From positions 1-61,330 of the forward strand of contig CAYZYX010000004.1 in the NCBI GenBank assembly GCA_964482715.1: a stretch of 61,330 bases of DNA, read 5' to 3'. The DNA is from an uncultured Clostridia bacterium. Its GTDB lineage: Bacteria > Aerophobota > Aerophobia > Aerophobales > B3-G15. A program made the translations under genes and the position numbers. Below, one piece after another: positions 8,001 to 16,091 of this stretch (positions are counted from its first letter, which is position 1; each line of letters begins with the position of its first letter). Below the pieces are notes generated by a model. It searched no databases and was not told the DNA's origin. It was given only the letters and a program-made list of their open reading frames with translations.

Positions 8001-10943
8001 ACCTTTGCCAAAGTAGGAGAGATTCCCAGGGGAACCTATCCCCTCCAGTTTATTGATGGTCCATTAAGTGATGATATGACCTATTACTTTTATGTCACCT
8101 CTGAAGATGGAATCGGGAATGAGTCTTCTCCTTCAAATATAGTTTCAGCAACAGCTCGCTCCACTCCACCTGTCTTTGAATCCCCTGTTCAGGCTGATAG
8201 AGAAGCTTATAAAAATGGCAGCACTATTTCGCTTTTCTGTGATCTGGATGCTTCTGGCTATACTCTCTCCTGTGATTTTTCGCCCCTTGATTCAGAATAC
8301 GGTGAGGGAAGTAACGTGGAGTCCTTTGAAGACCTGGGAGACAGTACTTACCGGATAACCTATACAATTTCTCCCTATAATCAAAGAGAAGATTCCACCT
8401 ATAATCTGGTAGTTGTAGCCTCCGATGAGGCAGGAAATTCTGCCACCTCAGGGGTAAGTATTATTCTTGATAATACTCCTCCTCAGTTTACCTCATCACC
8501 GGTTTCTGCCAGGGAGGTTTACAAAAATGGTGATACCATGACTCTTACTCTTTATCTTGATGCACCGGGCTACACCATTCACTGCAGTTTTGACAGCATA
8601 GATACAACTTACTCTCGGGGTTCAGAAAGTGTGGAAGATAGAGGAGACGGAAGCTATCAGGTTACCTACGAGATTGGTGAGGAAAATGCAAAGGATGATG
8701 GAAGTTATTATGTTTCAGTCACTGCGGAAGATGGAGCGGGAAATACAGCATCGGTTAATGTCCAGCTCAGCCTGGATAATACTCCTCCTCAATTAATGGA
8801 GGAAATAAAAGTAGGAAGATTTTCTGATGATAATTCAAATGGGTGGATAGAAGAGAGCGAGGTTAGCTGGGATGTAAATTATTTCAAAAATGGCGATATT
8901 GTTCTTTTCCAGATTCACCTTGATGGAACCGATTATGCCAGTTCAGACCGGATTCAGGCTAACTTTGTCTATCTGGATAGTGAATACACTAAAGGGGATG
9001 AACAGCTACCCGTCCCTGGTGATGGAAGTGGTACTGGAGGAGGAGTTTTAAATTTAAGGGATAGTCTTGACAACAATCAGGACGGAGAAATTAACGATTC
9101 CGGAGAGGCTTTTTACTATCTTGTTGCCTACAGGATAAATGAGAATAATACAAGAGAGGATTCCACCTATCAGGTGCCCATAACTGTAAACGATGCTGCC
9201 GGTAATTCTACTTCTCTGGGTGAAGATTCACCCACCTGCAGGCTGGACAACACACCTCCCTGGGTAGATAATATTTATTTGACTTTTATAACCAATCCAT
9301 CTGAAGAAGAGCCACTGGATGAAAACCCGAGTATAAATCAACAGATAACCAGACTTTCTCTGACTTTTTCCGATGGAGAGGGCTCCGGGTTAAATATTGC
9401 CAGTTCAGATGCTGTCCTTCTTGATCCTCAAGGAGGTCTCATTCAAGCAGACCAAATTGAAAAAGAAGATAATGAGATTTCTCTGGAATGGTCACTTTCC
9501 AATTTACCTCTGGAGACAGAGGGATATTATACCATCAGGATAAATGTCCTGGATCTTGCTGGTAATGTTGGGGAATATGTAGAATATGGCTTTATTTACG
9601 ATTTACAGGCTCCCCATCTTGTATCCATTTATCCAGATAACCTTTCCACTATTACTGAACCTTTAACTCATATAACAGCTGTTATTTCTGAAGATACCTC
9701 TCAAACTCAGGAAATTGCTGGAGTTGATATTTTAAACTGTCTTATAACTCTTAAAAATGAAAATGGACAGGTTATAGCAAGTGGTGGAAGTCCTCTTGAT
9801 GGTTCGACTATAATCCTTCAATCAGATGAGGGGGAAGCTCTCACTCTTACAAGTGGCACTTACTTTGTGGAGGTAAAATGCGTGGATTTTGCTGGTAACT
9901 TTAGAATCCGGACTACAAAATTTTACCTTCAGATTGATCCCATCCAGACTGTTGGCCAGGCCCATCTTGAATATCAGGGTCAGGCAGTTTACGATCTTAC
10001 GACCTCCACTCAACCTGCAAGTCCTTCTGTCTTTGCCAGTTCTGCAATAGATACCATTTATGTCAGGGTCAATTTAAATGAAAATGTTACCTGTGACGAG
10101 GAAAAAACCTCCATTTCCTTTTTGAAAGTAACAAAGATTTATACTGACCATGTGGAGGCTACACCGGTTGATGGTTCATCTACTGTAAATTATAACCAGC
10201 TTGAAAACCGGGTAGAGTTTTACTTTTACCTCTCTTCTCCTTTTAATCCACAGACAGACGACTCCGAAAAAGATGGATTATATCAGGTTAAAATTGTGGT
10301 TGTTGATGAGGCTGAAAATGAAAGTGAACTTAACCTTTTCTTCAGATATGACACCACTCCTCCTGACACACCTCAATTTGAGTTTCAATCATTTGACTCC
10401 ACCACAGGTGTCTTAACCTTAACCGGGACTACACCTCCTGAAAGTTCTGAACCTTCGTTTATTCAGGCCTTTGTCAATGGGAAATTGAAAAATGAAGTTC
10501 AGGCAAACGATGACCGAACTTTCACCATTCAGATTCAGCTTGATAGGGGAAAAAATTCGATTGCTCTCAGGACTAAGGATAGAGCTGGCAATACAGGTGA
10601 TTTTGCTTCAAAACTCAATTTAACCTATAATCCTGAAAAGCTCCTGGTTATTACTTTCCGTTCTTCGCGCGTCTTGAGAGAGAGTTCCGGGACCTCCCCG
10701 GTCAAGCTTGTTTACTGTCTCAGTGAACCAGCCCGGGTTGAAATCAGGATTTACAGTCTTGTTGGTGATATAGTCTATAGCTGGAGTCGGCAAGTTACAC
10801 CTGGAGATGAAGAAGAATGGTCATGGTGGGGTGAAAACATGTATGGCCAGAGAGTAAACAATGGTGTTTACATCATGACCATTACCGCAACCTCATCCAG
10901 TAGAAAAGAGCAGGTGATAAAACTTGTGGGAGTTCTAAGATAA
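5073..10943 (+). CDS. Giant Ig-repeat surface protein (>1950 aa, 5' end lost in N-gap) with two internal FlgD-Ig modules, a Fn3 domain and a C-terminal T9SS-type sorting domain
   Basis: Frame is open from the gap edge at 5073. 'PNAFSPNQDNIQD' and 'PTPFSPNNDSVKD' modules; Fn3 'VKLTWTAS..YNIYRS..YYFYVTSED.IGNESSPS'; tail 'IRIYSLVGDIV..W.GEN..G.RVNNGVYI..VIKLVGVLR'. Confidence 0.85.
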   Translation, partial: NDILALTSGETATISCDLDGDDNSGTHQITADYSPPDHEPPEVGFFEVNPNAFSPNQDNIQDTTTISYSVGDNQSTQVTVRLEIRTVANTIVKTLVDAETQDTGVAYSYPWDGTADNGNPVAEGNYICRIFVLDGSGNSKEETLGVTIDTSPPVISGVSAIPTPFSPNNDSVKDTTTITFSLSGATAGSNRVEIRDTRGFLVRTLVDEISPTPGATNGTNTVIWNGKDLTGTVVPDDSYFYEIIAVDDAGNTASFTGQVVVDTTPPTTAIQVLDNTGTHTSPFDLSDLGATPPTGIYISDVQVNGEWQTTDPSGISEVQLYINGDLFIPQNPNGNWQGWYLYWTPSASDGTYNILVRAVDNVGCDTGASGATASIIYDNTPPSAEISSPPDGIKFNTTALLISGVASDGAEGVGVEEVQIQVTNLSTSTVIISFTTTGVTDTSTEGDWSTWEYVFTPPDPGSPPVTYRIECRALDSLYDPLSPTSSSHIQLSPDSITVTYDTKNPPYHPTDLRDDGTPLSTGHIFGTTNVLTANQEYFSGLQEVRFEYKVEPSGSWQVIGSDSCPGTSYTPTVTWNTLGLSTDVTYSFRAVAVGNGSEIPSGVFSSCQIDNVTPDAPGNLKDDGVLIEDGHIFGRLNVLSAEADTSDSSLLGVRFEYRDYTTSSTWQTIGMDTSPQGNVFSVNWDTSTLDPTHTYGIRAVSVDAGGNETSSTEFTGCAIQFGAPVFQSLFTDRSAYKNGDTINITANLDNSGYTLSCNFSPVDSEYGEGNNVEWVEDNLDSTYTITYTISSYNTREDSSYTVIVQAQDNVGNTATSSVTVILDNTSPTGSISSPTSGSSLSGTCTFLIVDSGQVDSDVSSFTLEYTPSGQVNWSTCPGQVQGSWTPGGVSSIDFDTTACGDGTYNFRVKLEDIAGNAGYTDPVYLVVLDNGSPPVPAQLEATPISGARVKLTWTASSPEDDVDHYNIYRSTFPYTYTFAKVGEIPRGTYPLQFIDGPLSDDMTYYFYVTSEDGIGNESSPSNIVSATARSTPPVFESPVQADREAYKNGSTISLFCDLDASGYTLSCDFSPLDSEYGEGSNVESFEDLGDSTYRITYTISPYNQREDSTYNLVVVASDEAGNSATSGVSIILDNTPPQFTSSPVSAREVYKNGDTMTLTLYLDAPGYTIHCSFDSIDTTYSRGSESVEDRGDGSYQVTYEIGEENAKDDGSYYVSVTAEDGAGNTASVNVQLSLDNTPPQLMEEIKVGRFSDDNSNGWIEESEVSWDVNYFKNGDIVLFQIHLDGTDYASSDRIQANFVYLDSEYTKGDEQLPVPGDGSGTGGGVLNLRDSLDNNQDGEINDSGEAFYYLVAYRINENNTREDSTYQVPITVNDAAGNSTSLGEDSPTCRLDNTPPWVDNIYLTFITNPSEEEPLDENPSINQQITRLSLTFSDGEGSGLNIASSDAVLLDPQGGLIQADQIEKEDNEISLEWSLSNLPLETEGYYTIRINVLDLAGNVGEYVEYGFIYDLQAPHLVSIYPDNLSTITEPLTHITAVISEDTSQTQEIAGVDILNCLITLKNENGQVIASGGSPLDGSTIILQSDEGEALTLTSGTYFVEVKCVDFAGNFRIRTTKFYLQIDPIQTVGQAHLEYQGQAVYDLTTSTQPASPSVFASSAIDTIYVRVNLNENVTCDEEKTSISFLKVTKIYTDHVEATPVDGSSTVNYNQLENRVEFYFYLSSPFNPQTDDSEKDGLYQVKIVVVDEAENESELNLFFRYDTTPPDTPQFEFQSFDSTTGVLTLTGTTPPESSEPSFIQAFVNGKLKNEVQANDDRTFTIQIQLDRGKNSIALRTKDRAGNTGDFASKLNLTYNPEKLLVITFRSSRVLRESSGTSPVKLVYCLSEPARVEIRIYSLVGDIVYSWSRQVTPGDEEEWSWWGENMYGQRVNNGVYIMTITATSSSRKEQVIKLVGVLR

Positions 10944-10955
10944 TTAAGGTAAAAG

Positions 10956-10983
10956 TTGATTCCAGAATAGTTTATGATATACT
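10956..10983 (+). promoter_or_regulatory. Putative sigma70 promoter upstream of Uma2
   Basis: TTGATT-16 nt-TATACT with TGn extension. Confidence 0.5.
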
Positions 10984-11021
10984 AAATTAGAGGTTCTTAC
11001 TAACTATTAGAGTGTTTCGAA

Positions 11022-11141
11022 AATAACATTACATTTTGCTTGTCATTAGCGAGGAGCAAAGCAAGGAAGCAATCCCTTAATTTACAAGGGCTTAAGATTG
11101 CTTCGCTATCGCTCGCAATGACAAATCGGTGTAACATTATT
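11022..11141. repeat. Palindromic REP/RPE-like element
   Basis: Nested inverted repeats: TTGTCATT(a)GCGAG...CTCGCAATGACAA, GAAGCAATC...GATTGCTTC, CCCTT...AAGGG, plus outer AATAACATTACA/TGTAACATTATT. Confidence 0.75.
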
Positions 11142-11180
11142 AAGAAATGAGCTAAAATAAATAAGGGAGGTCCGGAATTT

Positions 11181-11738
11181 ATGAAAAAAACAGTAAATTT
11201 AGACGAAGAGATATGGACCTACGAAGATTATCTTAAGCTTCCCCCTGATGGTAAGACCTATCAGATTATAGGAGGTAAACTGTTTATGGCTCCAGCCCCC
11301 ACACCCTATCATCAAAAGGTTTCCAGGAATCTTGAGTTTATACTCTGGAGTTGGGTTAAGGAAAATAATTTAGGAGAGGTGCTTTATGCTCCTGTAGATG
11401 TAGTTTTTTCTTCGGTAAATGTAGTTCAGCCAGATATAATATTTATAAGTAAGAACAAGATAGAAATATTAAAAGAAAGAGGAATTTTTGGAGCGCCTGA
11501 TTTAATTGTAGAGATAATCTCCCCTTCTACCTCCGAGCTGGACATAAAATTAAAAAAAGACCTTTATCAGCGATTTGGGGTAAAAGAATATTGGATAGTT
11601 TATCCCCGGGAGAAAAAGATACAAGTTTACCAGTTAAAAGGTGGCACCTATAGGCTAAAAGGAGTTTTCTTAGGAGAAGATATCATAAGATCAGAGCTTA
11701 TAAAGGGTCTTGAGATTAACTTAAAGGAAGTTTTTTAA
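11181..11738 (+). CDS. Uma2 family (DUF820) endonuclease
   Basis: 'TYEDY..LP', 'MAPAP...HQ', 'VQPDI', 'GAPDLIVEIISPST..D...K..LY..GVKEYWIV'. Confidence 0.92.
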   Translation: MKKTVNLDEEIWTYEDYLKLPPDGKTYQIIGGKLFMAPAPTPYHQKVSRNLEFILWSWVKENNLGEVLYAPVDVVFSSVNVVQPDIIFISKNKIEILKERGIFGAPDLIVEIISPSTSELDIKLKKDLYQRFGVKEYWIVYPREKKIQVYQLKGGTYRLKGVFLGEDIIRSELIKGLEINLKEVF

Positions 11739-11755
11739 TAAAGAGAGATTCAAGA

Positions 11756-11783
11756 TTGACAGAAGGGGCTGATTTAATATAAT
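11756..11783 (+). promoter_or_regulatory. sigma70 promoter of panD-def-lrp
   Basis: Consensus TTGACA-16 nt-TATAAT. Confidence 0.7.
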
Positions 11784-11809
11784 TTTACCCGATAAAGGAA
11801 AGAAAAATC

Positions 11810-12172
11810 ATGCTCAGGATTATATGTCGGGCTAAAATTCATCGTGCCAGGGTAACAGAAACCAATTTAAACTATGAAGGAAGTATAACCCTCGATGTGA
11901 ACTTAATGCGGGCAGCAGGTATTTTTCCCGGAGAAAAAGTTGAAGTTTTCAATCTCAATAATGGGGCAAGGTTTAATACCTATACTATAGAGGGAGAACC
12001 TGACTCTGGTAAGGTTTGTATTAATGGAGCTGCAGCGCGTCTTGCTCAGGTAGGTGATGAGGTGATTATTGTTTCCTATGCACTGGTTGACGAGGAAGAA
12101 ATTGAAGGTGTAAATACCCGGGTCTTGTTTGTGGATCAAAATAACAGACCCACTCATGTAAGGGAAAGTTAA
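11810..12172 (+). CDS. panD: Aspartate 1-decarboxylase
   Basis: '[18 protein letters not shown]' (GS self-cleavage site), 'NGARFNTY', 'INGAAARL'. Confidence 0.96.
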   Translation: MLRIICRAKIHRARVTETNLNYEGSITLDVNLMRAAGIFPGEKVEVFNLNNGARFNTYTIEGEPDSGKVCINGAAARLAQVGDEVIIVSYALVDEEEIEGVNTRVLFVDQNNRPTHVRES

Positions 12173-12733
12173 ATGCCTGTTCTTAAAATATATAAATATC
12201 CAGATCCTGTTTTGAGGAAAAATTGCAGGAAGGTAGAAAAGGTTGGAGCAAGGGAAAGAAAGATTCTCTCCCAAATGGTTGAGACCATGTATGTCTATGA
12301 AGGTGTGGGTCTTGCTGCTCCTCAGGTAGGTATAGATTTTCAAATGGTAGTGGCTGGTGTCGGGGGAGAGTTATACAAACTGGTAAACCCTTTAATTATT
12401 TACCAGGAAGGAGAGAGTAAAATGGAAGAGGGTTGTCTTTCTCTTCCGGGTGTAACGGTAAAGATAAAAAGGGCTAAAAAAATTCTGGTTGAAGCTTTAA
12501 ATGAAAGAGGTGAACCTGTAAAGATAGAAGCTGAGGATCTTCTGGCTCATGTGTTGCAGCATGAAATAGACCATCTTCAGGGGACACTGATAATTGATTA
12601 TTTAAGTCAGAGAGAATTGAAGAAAATATCTCCAAAGCTAAAAGATTTAGAAGAAGAATTTCAGAAGTCTGAAGATTACGTATCAGGAAGGCAAGTATTA
12701 AAGGATAATGATAAAACGCTTTACAGGAGGTGA
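12173..12733 (+). CDS. def: Peptide deformylase
   Basis: GVGLAAPQVG, EGCLS and QHEIDHL motifs. Confidence 0.96.
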   Translation: MPVLKIYKYPDPVLRKNCRKVEKVGARERKILSQMVETMYVYEGVGLAAPQVGIDFQMVVAGVGGELYKLVNPLIIYQEGESKMEEGCLSLPGVTVKIKRAKKILVEALNERGEPVKIEAEDLLAHVLQHEIDHLQGTLIIDYLSQRELKKISPKLKDLEEEFQKSEDYVSGRQVLKDNDKTLYRR

Positions 12734-12737
12734 TTTA

Positions 12738-12968
12738 ATGGCCAAAGCTTATCTCAAAATTAAAGTCGAGATGGGAAGAGAAAGGGCAGTAAGAGATGCT
12801 TTGTTACGTTTTACTGAAGTAAAGTCAGCAGAACTTACAACCGGAGATCAGGACATTCTGGCTTTAGTTGAAGCTGACAGTTACGAAGATATACTTTTAG
12901 CAGTTGTGGACAGATTAAGAGCACTTAAAGGCATAAAAAGCACTGTTACTGACCTTGTTCTCGAATAA
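12738..12968 (+). CDS. Stand-alone Lrp/AsnC ligand-binding domain protein
   Basis: SD GGAGGTG before ATG 12738; 'AYLKIKVE.G..TGDQDILALVEA..LRALKGIKSTVT'; no HTH. Confidence 0.8.
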   Translation: MAKAYLKIKVEMGRERAVRDALLRFTEVKSAELTTGDQDILALVEADSYEDILLAVVDRLRALKGIKSTVTDLVLE

Positions 12969-12987
12969 TCCGGTTTTTATTTTGAAT

Positions 12988-13022
12988 TGGGGCGTGGCGG
13001 AGCACCAGCACGGCAGGCTTTG
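12988..13022 (+). repeat. Degenerate 5' half of tRNA-Gln(UUG); putative left attachment site
   Basis: Ungapped alignment to 24966-25000 gives 26/35 identities, ending at the anticodon loop CTTTG; 8 of 9 mismatches are transitions. Confidence 0.7.
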
Positions 13023-13125
13023 AGTGTGATTTCAGCTGGCCAGCAAAAATGAAGCTGTTATGAAAATCCTCCTTACCAGCCATCCATCCCATAATTTTTT
13101 TTGTACCAATTATAATCACGCTTTT

Positions 13126-14355
13126 TTAGTCAAGGTGCATTCTTCTTGGCACAATCACTACCCCACCCGGTGAAATTAGAAATTTCTTTGCATCTTCCTC
13201 AAATCTATAGCCTATAGCGTATCCATCAGGCACAAAAACCTCCTCATCAATTATTGTTTTTCTTATGAGAACGTTTTTGCCAATTTTTACACCCCTCATT
13301 AAAATGGAACTTTCTATTCTGCTTCCTCTACCAATATAAACCCGTGGTGAGAGGATAGATCTTTCCACTATTGCCTCGTCTATTATACAGCCTGCAGATA
13401 TAAGAGAATTTAAAACCTCGCACTGCAAAGGAAATCTTTTTGAGGAAATAATTCTTGCAGGAGGATTTTGCTCCTGGTAGGTCCTGAGAGGCCAACCTGG
13501 ATGATAGAGGTCAAATTTTGAGGGAATATCAAGAAGTTCCATGCTTGCCTCCCAGTAAGAATCAATAGTCCCAATATCTTTCCAGTATCCTTCTCCTTTT
13601 TCAGAAAAATTATAACAGCAAACAAGTTTTTCATCCTCCAGCATCTGAGGAATAATATCTCTACCAAAATCATGGCTTGTATTTTTCTTTTTGGCATCTT
13701 TTATTAAGGCTCTTACAATTTCTTCAGTATCAAAAATATAAACTCCCATAGAGACAAGGCATTTTTCAGCCTTTCCGGGTAAAATCTTTGGTCTGGAAGG
13801 TTTCTCCTCAAAAGAAACAATCCTTTCTGCTTCATCAACCTCAAGCACTCCAAATCTTTCTGCCTCTTTTTTATCCACCTCCACACATCCTACAGTAAGA
13901 TGAGCTTTCTTTTCCCTATGAAACTGGAACATATCTGCATAGTTCATCCTGTAAACATGATCTCCTGAGAGAATAAGAACATAGAGAGGTTTTTCCTCCT
14001 GCAAAATGTAGAGGTTCTGAAAAACAGCATCAGCTGTTCCCTCATACCACCTTTCTGCAGTTCTTCTCTGGGGAGGGATGGTTTGAATAAACTCTCCAAG
14101 TTCCCTTGAAAATATACTCCACCCTTCTCTTATATGGGTTTCAAGAGTTGTGGACATATACTGGGTGAGCACGTATATTCTTCTTATCCCGGAGTTAACA
14201 CAGTTTGAAAGAGTAAAATCTATGAGACGGAAAATTCCAGCAAAAGGACATGCTGGTTTTGCTCTTTCTTTGGTGAGAGGATAAAGCCTTTCTCCCTGGC
14301 CTCCTGCCAGAATCAGAGTAAGAAAACCTTCAGGTTTTTGATGCAAAAAAACCAC
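13126..14355 (-). CDS. glgC: Glucose-1-phosphate adenylyltransferase
   Basis: 'ILAGGQGERLYPLTKERAKPA', 'WYEGTADAVFQN', 'LSGDHVYRMNY', 'DFGRDIIP', 'YWKDIGT'; exact start uncertain. Confidence 0.95.
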   Translation of the reverse strand: MVFLHQKPEGFLTLILAGGQGERLYPLTKERAKPACPFAGIFRLIDFTLSNCVNSGIRRIYVLTQYMSTTLETHIREGWSIFSRELGEFIQTIPPQRRTAERWYEGTADAVFQNLYILQEEKPLYVLILSGDHVYRMNYADMFQFHREKKAHLTVGCVEVDKKEAERFGVLEVDEAERIVSFEEKPSRPKILPGKAEKCLVSMGVYIFDTEEIVRALIKDAKKKNTSHDFGRDIIPQMLEDEKLVCCYNFSEKGEGYWKDIGTIDSYWEASMELLDIPSKFDLYHPGWPLRTYQEQNPPARIISSKRFPLQCEVLNSLISAGCIIDEAIVERSILSPRVYIGRGSRIESSILMRGVKIGKNVLIRKTIIDEEVFVPDGYAIGYRFEEDAKKFLISPGGVVIVPRRMHLD

Positions 14356-14360
14356 CCATT

Positions 14361-15845
14361 TTATTTTATTTTATCGAGAATAATTTTGTATATTTTAATA
14401 TATTCCTCAGCAGATTTTCTCCAGGAAAAGTCCTTACTCATTCCACTTTGAACAAGGCTTTTCCAGAGCTTTTTATCCCTGTAAAAAAAGAAAGCTTTTT
14501 TTAAAGCAGAAAGCATCCCCTCTGGAGAGTATTCTCCAAAAAGAAATCCATCTCCCTTTTGAGTTAAAGGGTTAAACTCCTCAACGGTATCGGCAAGACC
14601 TCCTGTTTTTCTGACAACTGGAACTGTCCCAAATCGAAAGCTTATCATCTGTCCAAGCCCACAGGGCTCATACCGGGAAGGCATAAGAAACATGTCACTT
14701 CCTGCATAAATCCTCTTTGCCATCTTAAGATCAAAGGCAATATGAAGGGCCACCTTGCCAGGATATCTTGCTGCTATCTCCTCCAGCATCTTCTGGTATT
14801 TATAATCACCTTTGCCAAGAATAACAAGCTGCACAGGAATATTTACCATCTCCTCTGCTGCTTTACAGATTAAATCAATTCCCTTCTGCTCGGCAAGACG
14901 AGAAACAAAACCTACAACAGGAATATCTTCTACAGGAAATCCATTTTCCTGTTGAAGATATCTTTTATTTTCTCTTTTCCCTTCAAGATTATCTCTGGAA
15001 TAATTTCGGACAATATCTTTATCCGTTGCAGGATTCCAGACATCGTAGTCTATTCCATTTAAAATTCCATAGAGACTATCTCTTCGCCTTCTCAAAACCC
15101 CATCAAGTCCAAAACCAAATTCAGGGGTCTGTATTTCTTTGCTGTAAGTAGGGCTTACCGTATTTACAAGATCAGCATAAAGAAGACCTGCCTTCATCAG
15201 ATTAATTTTTCCCCAAAACTCAAGCCTGGTAAAGGTAAAAAATTCCTCTCCGAGACCTAAAGCCTTCAGCTTTTCCTTTGAGAAAATTCCCTGATAGGCA
15301 AGGTTATGAATGGTAAAAAGGATCCCTGTATTCTTATAACACTCCTTATCAGAGAAAAATTCCTTAAGATAAAGGGGAACAAGAGCAGTTTGCCAGTCAT
15401 TGCAGTGAATAATCCAGGGTTTGTAAGCTGTGCGGGGGATAATAGAAAGAGCTGCCCGACAGAAAAAAGAGAATCTCTCAGCATTATCAGGAAAATCTCC
15501 GTGTTCATCTCCGTAAAGATTTTCTCTATCAAAATATTCCTTTTGCCAGATAAGAAAAACAGGTATCTTTTTCTCCAAATCAAGGAAACTTCTGTACACC
15601 CTGCCTTTTTTAATCTCATCTCCCACAGGAACATCAATTTCAAAAAGCTCTTCCAGGGGAAAATTTTCAGAAAAAATCCTTTTGTATAAAGGAAGCATAA
15701 CACAAACTCTGCAACCTGCCTCAGATAAAGCCCCGGGAAGAGAACCTGCAACATCCGCAAGTCCTCCTGTTTTAGCAAAAGGATAAACCTCCGAAGATAG
15801 AAAAAATACACTTAAATTATTTTCTTTCATCTTTTTTCTCTCCAT
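14361..15845 (-). CDS. glgA: Glycogen synthase
   Basis: 'KTGGLADV', 'HCNDWQT', 'TIHNLAYQG', 'PSRYEPCGLGQM'. Confidence 0.96.
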   Translation of the reverse strand: MERKKMKENNLSVFFLSSEVYPFAKTGGLADVAGSLPGALSEAGCRVCVMLPLYKRIFSENFPLEELFEIDVPVGDEIKKGRVYRSFLDLEKKIPVFLIWQKEYFDRENLYGDEHGDFPDNAERFSFFCRAALSIIPRTAYKPWIIHCNDWQTALVPLYLKEFFSDKECYKNTGILFTIHNLAYQGIFSKEKLKALGLGEEFFTFTRLEFWGKINLMKAGLLYADLVNTVSPTYSKEIQTPEFGFGLDGVLRRRRDSLYGILNGIDYDVWNPATDKDIVRNYSRDNLEGKRENKRYLQQENGFPVEDIPVVGFVSRLAEQKGIDLICKAAEEMVNIPVQLVILGKGDYKYQKMLEEIAARYPGKVALHIAFDLKMAKRIYAGSDMFLMPSRYEPCGLGQMISFRFGTVPVVRKTGGLADTVEEFNPLTQKGDGFLFGEYSPEGMLSALKKAFFFYRDKKLWKSLVQSGMSKDFSWRKSAEEYIKIYKIILDKIK

Positions 15846-15959
15846 ATTCTTCTCTTTTCCGGGAGGTTCAATTTCTCCTTTTGAAGGAATACCTTACTTG
15901 CACAGGAATGACAGGAAAATATATAAAAACAGATGTTCCTCTGTCGTCTCTTGTCTCAA

Positions 15960-16091
15960 GCCTCAAAATATCTTTTTGCACCTTCCATTTTCTCTTCTGT
16001 TAAGTTCACCCTCCACTCTTAAAGCGGGAAACTCGTTGGGCCCACCTCTTATCCATCTTCCAGTAAGGGGATCCCTTCTAAGTTCGTTTAT
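15960..16091 (-). pseudogene. galT: Galactose-1-phosphate uridylyltransferase (GalT-like) remnant
   Basis: Minus strand reads (ATA)NELRRDPLTGRWI-RGG-PNEFPALRVEGELNRR: two GalT N-terminal motifs joined by a deletion; no ATG; early stop. Confidence 0.65.

Noticed and set aside
12985-13095. GC-rich stretch as an intact tRNA, tRNA-Sec or other ncRNA
   Set aside because: No T-arm or matching acceptor 3' strand; better explained as a decayed tRNA-Gln 5' half.
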